A DNA stretch of 64,000 nt from IMG/VR virus record IMGVR_UViG_3300009085_000003, positions 1-64,000 of that record; one strand, written 5' to 3'. Each line of letters opens with the position of its first letter. Within the stretch, counting starts at the first letter, position 1. Both the position numbers and the translations under genes were made by a program. The notes under the pieces were generated by a model. That model saw nothing but the letters and a program-made list of their open reading frames with translations. It was not told the origin of the DNA and ran no database searches. The stretch comes from a virus. Shown piece by piece: positions 54,042-62,908 of this stretch.

Positions 54042-55726
54042 TAGCGCCCCCTGCGTGCGAATTTGGTTACTGAGCTGTACAGCTTCCGTGCGGCTCCCAT
54101 AGATTTAGCCAGAATGCTCTCAGCCCGTTTTTGTTCCTTGGGGGTCACAACCGGGATAGGCTTGTCACGCTTGGCTCCTAGACTGTTCACCTTGGGCTTG
54201 GGGGCTGGCTTGGTACGCACCGCCTTGGTTGCTTTAGGCTTAGCAGTTGCCACCAGCTTACCCAGCATCTGTTGCCGGAGCATCTTATTGAAATCAGCCG
54301 GGTTGGGCTTAACAGCTGGCGCAGCAGTGTTGGTCGCTACGGTAGGCGTTCCCGGCGTGACCTCTGGACTGGCATTATCATCCGGGCTCATGCTGACCTC
54401 ACCGGGTGCTCCAACCGGAGCGCCTGTCTGGACGCCGGGAGCCTTTGAATCAGCGAAATCCTTGGGCAACTCGTCTTTTTCAATCATCATCGTGCGTTCC
54501 TCGTCGGGTGTGGTCAGACCAGCTGACAGACGCACCTGCGCTGACTGCGCACGCTTGGTGGAGATATCCTCAGATTGCTGGATGTCACGATAGTCTTTTT
54601 CAACAAATGCAAACTCGGTATCCATGGGCATGACGTACTCATTCATGGCGTGTGTGAAAGCCTCGCGCCATGCGACCAAACCCTTGCCACGCGCCTTGTC
54701 CGCCAGAACCTGTGACTGGGCGCCGGTACCGATAGTGCCGGAGCTGAGCGGCTGGAGCTCTTGGGGGTCAAGACCGAGCACGTCTGCATAGGTCAGGAGG
54801 GCAATGTCAAACTCCTCTTTGCGCTGGAATCGGTCAGGCAGTTCGGCAAGTGGGATTTTTACCAGATTTGGCTGCATCTCATCCGGGACACCAAGCACCA
54901 CAGCGCCCATGTAGGACATGACGCCCTTGGCAGTCTCACCGGATTTGGTAGCCAGAACAGCCTCGCGCAACTGGGTGTCCAACACGCCGTTCACGATGTA
55001 GATAGCAAGCGGGTGCATACCGGAAATCTTCTCCCGGAGGTACCACTCAATCGCTGACAATTTGTAGATAGCTGGGAAAGCACGGCTGGCGGCACACAGT
55101 CCGACGCCGTTATAAATCTCGGACGGGTCTGGCATCTCCGAGAACATCATCACTTGGTGGTCACGCATCTCATGGTACGCGCCCCGCCTGTCCTGAAAGA
55201 CAACCGGGACGTCCGGGTCGCCGGTACGAATGCAGCGCAACGAGTCCAAGTGCCGGAGACCGATAATCTTGCTGCCCTCAGCTGGCGAAGCTCGGACGAT
55301 TTCGATGAAACTTCCGTTATCCGTGGTCAAATAATCGCGCAACTGTTTTGACAGGAACCCGACCCACCCGACCCGGCGTCCATCCGCACCACGCAGCAGC
55401 TCTTGGGTATCCTGTACACGCTGCGGCACTGAGCCCTTGATTTCCCATGACAGCGACACGATGCGCGTGATGGCAATACCGATGGCGGCTGACCACATGG
55501 CTTCTTTGAATAGAGAGCTGCGCAAGATAGCATCGCGCCCCCGCGTCCAATACGCCGGGGGCTGTGGGGTCATGGCGCTCGAGTCCTCGCTACGATGCCA
55601 CGGAACTACAATTTGTAGGACGCCACCATTCAGAACCTGCGCGACGTCATCTTTGGTGACAGACTTTTGTAAGAGCTTCTTGATGTCAGTTGCTCCGCTA
55701 TCCGCCTTTTTGTTTTTTTGAACCAT
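54041..55726 (-). CDS. portal protein
   Basis: LRDYLTTDNGSFIEIVR...LRHLDSLR...GLTTPDEER; upstream of MuF-like gene. Confidence 0.85.
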   Translation of the reverse strand: MVQKNKKADSGATDIKKLLQKSVTKDDVAQVLNGGVLQIVVPWHRSEDSSAMTPQPPAYWTRGRDAILRSSLFKEAMWSAAIGIAITRIVSLSWEIKGSVPQRVQDTQELLRGADGRRVGWVGFLSKQLRDYLTTDNGSFIEIVRASPAEGSKIIGLRHLDSLRCIRTGDPDVPVVFQDRRGAYHEMRDHQVMMFSEMPDPSEIYNGVGLCAASRAFPAIYKLSAIEWYLREKISGMHPLAIYIVNGVLDTQLREAVLATKSGETAKGVMSYMGAVVLGVPDEMQPNLVKIPLAELPDRFQRKEEFDIALLTYADVLGLDPQELQPLSSGTIGTGAQSQVLADKARGKGLVAWREAFTHAMNEYVMPMDTEFAFVEKDYRDIQQSEDISTKRAQSAQVRLSAGLTTPDEERTMMIEKDELPKDFADSKAPGVQTGAPVGAPGEVSMSPDDNASPEVTPGTPTVATNTAAPAVKPNPADFNKMLRQQMLGKLVATAKPKATKAVRTKPAPKPKVNSLGAKRDKPIPVVTPKEQKRAESILAKSMGAARKLYSSVTKFARRGR

Positions 55727-55747
55727 GGATACCTCAGGTGAGTTAAG

Positions 55748-56065
55748 TTATTCCAGTTCGTCCGATTCTCCCTCGTCAAGTATTTCGCGTTCCTCGGAAT
55801 CACTGGAGACCACCTCTGCTCCCACGACATCACCATCGTATGGGCGCTTGGTCAGTGCCACTACTTCGCCGCCAAGTTCCTTGGCAACGTATTTGGCTAT
55901 TTCGTTATCGATATCCACCATCCCACCAATATGGTCGGTCGCATCCGCAACTGACCACATTCCACCTATCATCGTTGCCTGAAACAACAGGTCAGGGTCA
56001 TCGGACGACCACTGCTTGTTCGTCACAGTGGCGGTGTGTTCACCTAACTTTATCATTGCTGGCAT
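55748..56065 (-). CDS. acidic hypothetical protein
   Basis: AGGAG RBS. Confidence 0.6.
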   Translation of the reverse strand: MPAMIKLGEHTATVTNKQWSSDDPDLLFQATMIGGMWSVADATDHIGGMVDIDNEIAKYVAKELGGEVVALTKRPYDGDVVGAEVVSSDSEEREILDEGESDELE

Positions 56066-56122
56066 AGCTACTCTCCTGTGGCTTATTAAGCCATTATACG
56101 TTTATTATAGTGCACAATATGG

Positions 56123-56428
56123 TTATTTGTGCCGCTTGGCTTCGCGCACCATGGCACGCTCAATTGATTTGGCGGTTTTCAGCATGGCGTCCGCTGAGCG
56201 TGCAATGTTGTGAGACTGGATGTTGAGCATCTTTATCACTGCATCCATGGTGTTCACGAGGATGGCAATCTGCTCATCCGTGGTCAGGGGTCGATTGGGC
56301 AACCCGGCTTTTTCCGCAGCGGTCTGCTCTGCCTCAGCCACGACCGCAGGTACCTCGGGCGGGGTCTCTCCATTCATCCTGTCCATCTGGGCGTCTTGTT
56401 CTTTGGGGTCAATCTGTTGTTCATCCAT
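56123..56428 (-). CDS. hypothetical protein
   Basis: AAGGAG RBS; coiled-coil C-terminus. Confidence 0.6.
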   Translation of the reverse strand: MDEQQIDPKEQDAQMDRMNGETPPEVPAVVAEAEQTAAEKAGLPNRPLTTDEQIAILVNTMDAVIKMLNIQSHNIARSADAMLKTAKSIERAMVREAKRHK

Positions 56429-56458
56429 TTTGTACACACTCCTTGAGATTTGTAATTA

Positions 56459-56809
56459 TTATAACAAAAGTAACTGGACTGGACTAGCCTTTTTAGGTGG
56501 GAATGTGACCTCCCAGTATCCCAGTGACTCGTCCAGCAGCATCGCTATCTGTTTACCGTACCCACGCTCGACCTTGAATCCCAAGTCATACAGACGGTCA
56601 ATGGGAGCCCGGTAGGTTATCTTGGTGTCGAGGTTGGTGACCTCCACGATACGCGCCCCAGCTGCTTTGGCAGCTCTCAGGGTGCTGTCATCAAACGCCA
56701 GCGCTCGGGGTCGTTGGAGAACATGCTTCTCGTGGATGGTCTTTCGGAACGTGTCATTGAGAACCGACCCAACGACTTTGGAACCCACATAAATCGGTAT
56801 AGCACTCAT
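56459..56809 (-). CDS. hypothetical protein
   Basis: Coupled to the methyltransferase gene. Confidence 0.6.
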   Translation of the reverse strand: MSAIPIYVGSKVVGSVLNDTFRKTIHEKHVLQRPRALAFDDSTLRAAKAAGARIVEVTNLDTKITYRAPIDRLYDLGFKVERGYGKQIAMLLDESLGYWEVTFPPKKASPVQLLLL

Positions 56810-57390
56810 GCCTCATCCTTTCCGCCAGCGCCATGCAGACGTCTGGCTGCGATATCAAAGTATTTTTTATCAATCTCAATTCCAGTGAATGCCCGCCCCA
56901 GATTCTGGCACGCCTCGCCGGTACGCCCAGACCCCATGAATGGGTCGAGCACACTGTCTCCGGGATTGGTATAGATACGCACCAGCCGCTCCATGAGCGA
57001 CAGTGGCTTTTCGTATGGGTGTTCGGTGGGACTGATATGCCGGTCGTCGTAGACCCCGGTCATCTGAGACCAGTGCAATCGGTTGAACGTGTTACCGCGC
57101 CGATTGACCAGTATCATCTCAACGAACCGACCGCACGCCCGGATATAGTTTTTGGTCGACGGGGTTTTTATCCAGAACAGATACTCATCCGCAGTCCAGT
57201 AGACGTTTTCCGGCTTGCAAAAAGCGATGATGTTGCCCTTGGCGATTCTGGCAAACTGTCCCAAGAGACTCATCGCCCTAAGCGGCTCAATGTCGTAGGG
57301 TGGGTCAGTAATGATGGCATCATAGGATTGGTCTGGTATCGTCGGGAGCACCGACAGGCAATCATCGAGCAGAATAATACCTTTCGTCAT
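56806..57390 (-). CDS. N6-adenine/N4-cytosine DNA methyltransferase (beta class)
   Basis: TDPPY, HPYEKP, LDPFMGSG. Confidence 0.9.
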   Translation of the reverse strand: MTKGIILLDDCLSVLPTIPDQSYDAIITDPPYDIEPLRAMSLLGQFARIAKGNIIAFCKPENVYWTADEYLFWIKTPSTKNYIRACGRFVEMILVNRRGNTFNRLHWSQMTGVYDDRHISPTEHPYEKPLSLMERLVRIYTNPGDSVLDPFMGSGRTGEACQNLGRAFTGIEIDKKYFDIAARRLHGAGGKDEA

Positions 57391-57406
57391 ATCGATATCC
57401 TCTCTG

Positions 57407-57673
57407 TTATAGCTTTAGTAAATAATCTCGGACTCTCTCAAATATATCAGAGCCCTCTTGCAGCTCACAGTCGCTGTTGATGACCTTGGCTGCTGTAGTG
57501 TCCAGCTCTTGCAGGAGCGCCCGGACGTATTCCAGCTCGTCAACCAGAGCCTGTATCGCACACCCCTCATGGATATAGCGGCAGTCCTTGTAATGGGTGG
57601 ACTCCACGCCGCTCGATAAAAACGACGTGATGACACGGCTGAGATTTAAAGCCTCTTTGACAGGTCTGGTCAT
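57407..57673 (-). CDS. hypothetical protein
   Basis: ORF from ATG 57673. Confidence 0.5.
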   Translation of the reverse strand: MTRPVKEALNLSRVITSFLSSGVESTHYKDCRYIHEGCAIQALVDELEYVRALLQELDTTAAKVINSDCELQEGSDIFERVRDYLLKL

Positions 57674-57779
57674 AGGAATACGCTCAGAAAAAAGACTCCG
57701 GCGACAAGCGCCAAAACAAACACCAACGCGAGACATCCGCAGCATCCGCTGCCGGGCTCGCAATAATCCTCATCATACC

Positions 57780-58103
57780 TCATTCCCATAGTGTCTCACC
57801 TTTCGCATAAGCCTCAGCATGTTCCGGGCACAGGGTCTTAATCCACCCACGTGGCTCAGTCGGCTTGCCCGGTTTACCACACACCTCACAGATTGTTAAA
57901 CTACGATTTTCAATCTCATCCAGCAGGTCGTAGTAAGCCATGTCCGCCATGGAGGGGGTGATTCTGAGTCCGCCCCACTTCTCTTTGACTTCGACAATGA
58001 CCACTCTCTTGGGCTTGTTACGATATGCCTCGAGTAGTAGTTCGTGCCAGCCCTTGCCAACCTGCCGCTGGGCATCATGGAGTGTGATGTGGTCTTTATG
58101 CAT
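57780..58103 (-). CDS. phage zinc-finger hypothetical protein
   Basis: GKGW...VKEKWGGLR...CEVCG...GWIKTLC. Confidence 0.7.
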   Translation of the reverse strand: MHKDHITLHDAQRQVGKGWHELLLEAYRNKPKRVVIVEVKEKWGGLRITPSMADMAYYDLLDEIENRSLTICEVCGKPGKPTEPRGWIKTLCPEHAEAYAKGETLWE

Positions 58104-58359
58104 GGGTGACCACCTGTTCGACCCCATCCCATGTTTCCATGGCATAGAACCGATTCGCCCAGCTGTCCTCGTCGATACCCTCGCCCCACACCCAACGCAT
58201 ACCCTTGGCAATCAGAGCGCGAGACGCCTCTTTTGCCGCCTCGTAACTCTTGAGACCAGACTGTTGACGCCGGGCACCACTGGCTGGGTCTTTGTAGTGC
58301 ACGACCCACGTGTTACGATTTGTGGTCTGAACGGGAATCTTAACTGTAGCCTTGGACAT
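58096..58359 (-). CDS. hypothetical protein
   Basis: GAGGTG RBS; overlaps next gene. Confidence 0.6.
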   Translation of the reverse strand: MSKATVKIPVQTTNRNTWVVHYKDPASGARRQQSGLKSYEAAKEASRALIAKGMRWVWGEGIDEDSWANRFYAMETWDGVEQVVTHA

Positions 58360-58389
58360 ATCTCACTCACCTCTCTCACTTATAGTGTA

Positions 58390-58596
58390 CTAACATGATA
58401 CTACATTTGCTGTTTTTGTCAAGTAATCCTCGTGACTGACGAACACGTCCGGGGTGTACACCTGACCACAGAACACGCACTTGAATAGTCCTCTGGGCAA
58501 GTCAACGCTGTACACCAATCTCACCTCATTACACACCGGACAATCCGCATATCTGCATTCTGGGGGTTTGGGCTTTTCGCCATGGTTGTGTTTCAT
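58390..58596 (-). CDS. small zinc-ribbon protein
   Basis: CPVC...CVFC. Confidence 0.55.
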   Translation of the reverse strand: MKHNHGEKPKPPECRYADCPVCNEVRLVYSVDLPRGLFKCVFCGQVYTPDVFVSHEDYLTKTANVVSC

Positions 58597-58771
58597 GGTT
58601 ACCTCTACTCAGATTATACATCGAAATGCAGAGCTCGGGTCACTGTACACATGAACCCGAGCCCTTTGAACAAGCGGCATATAGGTAATTTGGGGGCATG
58701 TGCACTGAGGCTAATCATGCCATGCCGCTGATTTAAGTATAGGGGGTTTCCGTAAATTTGTGCCAGCCAGT

Positions 58772-59779
58772 TCACGGCTCCAGCCTTTTTGCGCACTTTA
58801 TCAATGCCCGGAGACCACCCTTGGTCAACGAGCCATCCAGAATCATGTCGTCGATTTTGCGGTTCAGGTTTATAATGCGGGATTTTTCACCGATTACATC
58901 CACCAGCCGTCCCAGTGGCGTGTTGGCAGCTTTCGCGTGCGAGAGCACCCTCGCGTCCGGGTCGAGACACACGTACACCGGGTCACAGTTCGCAATCGGG
59001 GCAAGCAAGTCGAGGTCGGGCGTCACACCGGGCACACCCACAACGTGCATATCGACGTCATCCAGCGCCAGATACGTGGTCATCGCCTTGAACTCTCCCT
59101 CGACCAACAGGCACGCCCCAGCCATGGGTCGGTCGTGGTCTGCCACAAATAGTCTGGGCGGCAGTCCCTTGACCTCGCTCCTGTAACGGTCATTCTTGCT
59201 GCGGGGATGGACAATGCGGTGCTTGATGTTCAGGACGGTGCCGGTCACAGGTTCGTGGAGAGGTATCGTCAGCGACGGGGATTCGTAGTACGCATCACCC
59301 ACCCACACGCCACGATTCGGGCAATAGCCCAGCTCCCAGTAATTCAGCCAGTATGGGTCAACGATACCGCGCTGGGCATAGAGCGCTCGAGCGGCATCAT
59401 CCAACTGGGCATGATAGGTTTTCCACACGTGGGACGCTGTGAACTCAGCCATGGCTTTCGCCGCCAGCTCCTGCTGTTCTTTTTCAAACGCTTGACGCTG
59501 GCGCTCTATCTCCGCCTGTTGTTCGGCAGTCAGAGTGACACCCGCCTCACGTCCCGGTAGCCAGACGTATCCGCATCGACGGCACCAGCCAAACGCGCCA
59601 CCGGTTGCCTTGGATTGCACGAACATTCGGAACCTGTCCGGGAATGAACCATCCTGATGGGGAGAGCCACCACACCGGGGGCAACTGCCGGAATACTCGT
59701 TGGCGCTGACCCGGACAACATGGTTGACGAGTGGCGTGAGCTCAGCACAGGCTGCTGGCAAAACGGCGGTATGCCTCAT
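58772..59779 (-). CDS. DNA primase-like protein (Zn finger + TOPRIM)
   Basis: CPRCGG..DRF..WCRRC; LLVEGEFKA; LDPDA. Confidence 0.85.
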   Translation of the reverse strand: MRHTAVLPAACAELTPLVNHVVRVSANEYSGSCPRCGGSPHQDGSFPDRFRMFVQSKATGGAFGWCRRCGYVWLPGREAGVTLTAEQQAEIERQRQAFEKEQQELAAKAMAEFTASHVWKTYHAQLDDAARALYAQRGIVDPYWLNYWELGYCPNRGVWVGDAYYESPSLTIPLHEPVTGTVLNIKHRIVHPRSKNDRYRSEVKGLPPRLFVADHDRPMAGACLLVEGEFKAMTTYLALDDVDMHVVGVPGVTPDLDLLAPIANCDPVYVCLDPDARVLSHAKAANTPLGRLVDVIGEKSRIINLNRKIDDMILDGSLTKGGLRALIKCAKRLEP

Positions 59780-60066
59780 GCGTCCACCACGAGCAGCGGC
59801 TTGCGGGCACGATGCTTGGGAAATCCATCATGCTGCCTGCCCCACTTATCATCCATCTTCATCACCGGCTCATTCTCACCGTTGTCGTACTGGCAGACGC
59901 GACCGTCCTTGCCCAAGTGGGTGGGCACGATTGGCTCACCAATAAAATCGATGCCCAGTAGCGGCATGGAACGACCGCAGTGTGGGCATCGAATGGCACG
60001 ACAATAGGTTCCCTCGTGCTTGGCTTTTTTATATTCAGCGATTTTGCGCCTTTGACTGTAATTCAC
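59776..60066 (-). CDS. hypothetical protein
   Basis: GAGGTG RBS; CPHC. Confidence 0.55.
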   Translation of the reverse strand: MNYSQRRKIAEYKKAKHEGTYCRAIRCPHCGRSMPLLGIDFIGEPIVPTHLGKDGRVCQYDNGENEPVMKMDDKWGRQHDGFPKHRARKPLLVVDA

Positions 60067-60116
60067 TGTGCACCTCTCTCAAATTGTATCATTATCAAAC
60101 AACACGTACTGATACA

Positions 60117-60145
60117 TTGTAACACAGTGTCATTATGGTGTCAAG
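60117..60145 (-). promoter_or_regulatory. sigma70-type promoter
   Basis: TTGACA-17nt-TACAAT. Confidence 0.65.
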
Positions 60146-60533
60146 GGGTATCTTCTGGTTGGTCGATAGCTCCCTCAAGCTCGGGCACACGAGCCCAGTT
60201 GCGCATCTCATCCTTTGTCCACACCTCCAACACCTCGAGGTCGGTACAGTTCATCGTATCACCCACGCAGCCATGGGCGGGCGGGTCTCCGTAGTGCCAG
60301 CTCTTGGGCGGACGTTTGTTCGGCTTGAACCGGTCGAACAGGCTCAAGTGCATCTCGACGTCGAACCGCTGGTCGCAGCTCTGGCACCCGATACGCATCA
60401 AGACCACAACACGAGAATAAATATCTGGCGCCAAATCCGGCTCAAACTTGCCATACCGGGGCGTACCGTTTTCGTCGTACCACGTAGGCTGCTCCTGAAT
60501 CCGGGAGCGGATATCCTGAAACCTGCTATGCAT
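60141..60533 (-). CDS. phage hypothetical protein
   Basis: PTWYDENGTPRY...CQSC...HYGDPP. Confidence 0.65.
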   Translation of the reverse strand: MHSRFQDIRSRIQEQPTWYDENGTPRYGKFEPDLAPDIYSRVVVLMRIGCQSCDQRFDVEMHLSLFDRFKPNKRPPKSWHYGDPPAHGCVGDTMNCTDLEVLEVWTKDEMRNWARVPELEGAIDQPEDTP

Positions 60534-60717
60534 GTTCCGGCTCCTCTCCGGTGGGAGACTTCGCTTGCTGCTCCGCCCATTTTATCAATACCGACACTGG
60601 TGTCTTGCTGAGCGACTTACCCGTAATATCGCTAAAGTCCTCCACTAGCTCATACAACATGCCACGCAATTCGTCGTGGCGTGCTTTGTGCTCTGCGGGT
60701 GTAAATGGTTTAGGCAT
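60526..60717 (-). CDS. hypothetical protein, paralog A
   Basis: Similar to adjacent ORF. Confidence 0.7.
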   Translation of the reverse strand: MPKPFTPAEHKARHDELRGMLYELVEDFSDITGKSLSKTPVSVLIKWAEQQAKSPTGEEPEHA

Positions 60718-60720
60718 GGT

Positions 60721-60903
60721 TTACTCCTCTGGATTCAATGTCTGTAAATACGACCAGTCCATCAGCTCTTTCAGGGTCGTCTGACTGGGCAACTTTCCGG
60801 TATGCAGTATAAAGTCCGCCACCAGCTCATCGAACATTTGGTGGAGTTCTCCATGGCGCTCTTTGTGCGCCTCGCGCTGCGTTTTATCAATCTGCTCACT
60901 CAC
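60721..60903 (-). CDS. hypothetical protein, paralog B
   Basis: HKERHGELHQMFDELVADF; GGAGG RBS before GTG. Confidence 0.7.
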   Translation of the reverse strand: MSEQIDKTQREAHKERHGELHQMFDELVADFILHTGKLPSQTTLKELMDWSYLQTLNPEE

Positions 60904-60913
60904 ACAGAACCTC

Positions 60914-61684
60914 CTAGAAATGGTTAAAGTAGACGCCATTCATTCGCTGATACAGCTGGGTGGTCAGGTATACGTCGTTGCTGACGTACTGGCGCCGGAC
61001 ATCATTGGTCATATCCGCAATCATCGAACCATCCAGCTCTGGCAGCGGGTTGTCCAGATTGTACAGCTTGGCAAGCGCCTTGAGTCCCTTGACGTTCTGG
61101 ATGCTCCAGTTATAGAGAATCGAGAACAGGTCAGTAATCGGTTCAGTGCGAAACCGCGCCAGATTCGGGATGTGACGCGGGCGGATACCCAGCGCCATGG
61201 AGCGGCGCATGATGTAGGGGATGTCGAAGTTAAGCACGTTGAATCCCACCACGCGCCCCTCGCACTCAGCGTACTTTTTCCAGAACAGCTCAATCAGGTC
61301 GCTTTCAGTAATCGTCGCGTGAACGAGCGTGCTTTCGTCAACGGTCTCGTCACCCACCAGCCACGCCTCTATGGGCAGGCTCGGGTGTGTGCGATAGGCA
61401 ATGGCGATGATGCGCCCATAGTCCGGGTCGAGCGGGGCGTCCTTGAGACGCTGCTCCTGCTTTTCGGACTTGTATTTTTCAATCGTGTCAGCATCCTTGT
61501 AGTTTCCGGGCGCCTTGACCTCTGGCATCAAATCGGCAATCAAAGGGTTCGCCTCGGTCTCGATATCAAAGAACAGGCGCTTGGATGCCGTGCGAATCGG
61601 CATTGCGACCGGTATCAAATCCGGCTGGGTCGCCACGTCCGCTGGGAACGTGGTCTCAATGGGATAGGGGGGTTTTTCACTCAT
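60914..61684 (-). CDS. DEDD 3'-5' exonuclease (PolB exonuclease-like)
   Basis: FFDIET, GFNVLNFDIPYI, YVSNDV. Confidence 0.85.
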   Translation of the reverse strand: MSEKPPYPIETTFPADVATQPDLIPVAMPIRTASKRLFFDIETEANPLIADLMPEVKAPGNYKDADTIEKYKSEKQEQRLKDAPLDPDYGRIIAIAYRTHPSLPIEAWLVGDETVDESTLVHATITESDLIELFWKKYAECEGRVVGFNVLNFDIPYIMRRSMALGIRPRHIPNLARFRTEPITDLFSILYNWSIQNVKGLKALAKLYNLDNPLPELDGSMIADMTNDVRRQYVSNDVYLTTQLYQRMNGVYFNHF

Positions 61685-61722
61685 AGTCTCACTCCTTGTG
61701 CGTTATTGTATCACATTATCAA

Positions 61723-62397
61723 TCAATGTCCCCACTGGTCGCGGCGCAGCAACAGACCGATGGCGCCGTACACAGCCAAGTCCATGAACGAATCCTCCAG
61801 CGACTCGTTGGCTGCCTCCGCAGGTGGGTTCACGGGCTCATCACTGATGGTCAGGATATACTTGCCGTCCTTGTGTTGCACCTCAATGTTGAACCCGAGC
61901 AGGTTCATGAGCCGGATGGTCTTGTCCCAGATACGCACCATGACACCCTTTTTGCCGGTGCCAATGATGTTGGCTGGGGAGTAGTCCGAATTCTTGCGGA
62001 CATGGACGCGGTACATCGATGATGTCAGGTTGCGGAACGCTTCGCACTGTACCGGGCTGGTCACCTCTGCTTTGGGTATCTTGGGCAGCTTGGGATAAAA
62101 GTACACCGGGATATCGTGCGCCTTGGCATACTCGACCTCCACCTTGGCGCCCTTACTGGATTCCCAGTCTGGGAGCGCAATCACAGCATCGACGCGCGAA
62201 ATCATGTCGAGGTCACCGGCGATATAGTCCTCCCACGTACAGGTGCAATCCTGCTCAAAGTGGGCAGTGTTGAGGTGAGGGCAGATAACGTGGTACCCAT
62301 CCTGCCAGAGCCGGACAGCCACGCGCCGGGCATTGGCAAGGTTCTGTTCCATAGTAGTACCACCGGTAGAATATGGGGCTGAGATATAGACTAACAC
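61723..62397 (-). CDS. DUF4406/nucleoside deoxyribosyltransferase-like domain fused to DUF1599 (MazG-like) domain
   Basis: YISAPYS...WESSKGAKVE; KNSDYS...RIWDKTIRL...ESLEDSFMDLAVY. Confidence 0.75.
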   Translation of the reverse strand: MLVYISAPYSTGGTTMEQNLANARRVAVRLWQDGYHVICPHLNTAHFEQDCTCTWEDYIAGDLDMISRVDAVIALPDWESSKGAKVEVEYAKAHDIPVYFYPKLPKIPKAEVTSPVQCEAFRNLTSSMYRVHVRKNSDYSPANIIGTGKKGVMVRIWDKTIRLMNLLGFNIEVQHKDGKYILTISDEPVNPPAEAANESLEDSFMDLAVYGAIGLLLRRDQWGH

Positions 62398-62675
62398 ACG
62401 ACACCTCCATGCGCCCCGAATTCGACTATCTCGTCACCGCACCAGCAGCAGCGCTCCAGACATCGGAATTCTGGCGGGTGTCCTGCGGCAGCCCACTTGC
62501 CATGGGGCTTGGGCAACTTGGTGTTGTCCTGTTGTGACACCTCGTGCCAGCAGTGGCGACCGTCGGGAGCAACTTCGCAATTATATGTTGACATCACACC
62601 AACATCGTGCCCAACCACGCCATCGTATCTCTTGCGTTTCGTAGTGCGCTTAATATACTCTTTTACCTCACTCAT
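62391..62675 (-). CDS. Cys-rich hypothetical protein
   Basis: HCWH...CCWCG; AGGAG RBS. Confidence 0.55.
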   Translation of the reverse strand: MSEVKEYIKRTTKRKRYDGVVGHDVGVMSTYNCEVAPDGRHCWHEVSQQDNTKLPKPHGKWAAAGHPPEFRCLERCCWCGDEIVEFGAHGGVVC

Positions 62676-62881
62676 CTCACATCTCCTTTTTGTTTTCTGG
62701 TTGGCTTGGGCGGTTTCCACCCCTCGGGTGCTGTTCCGATATCCACCCGATGGGTAGTATCGTCGACGTGCCAGTAGAACATTACAAATGGGCTGTCAAA
62801 ATAATCGGCAGCACCCAGAGAGTCCACCACAAAGTCGACCTTTGGGATAACCGTACCGTTCACATGCATATAGTAATACAC
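62672..62881 (-). CDS. hypothetical protein
   Basis: Coupled ORF with GAGGAG RBS. Confidence 0.55.
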   Translation of the reverse strand: MYYYMHVNGTVIPKVDFVVDSLGAADYFDSPFVMFYWHVDDTTHRVDIGTAPEGWKPPKPTRKQKGDVR

Positions 62882-62908
62882 TCACACACTCCTCTCTCAT
62901 GATTATTA

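Noticed and set aside
60863-61984. 373-aa plus-strand ORF
   Set aside because: Antisense shadow of the exonuclease and DUF4406 genes, which carry clear motifs.
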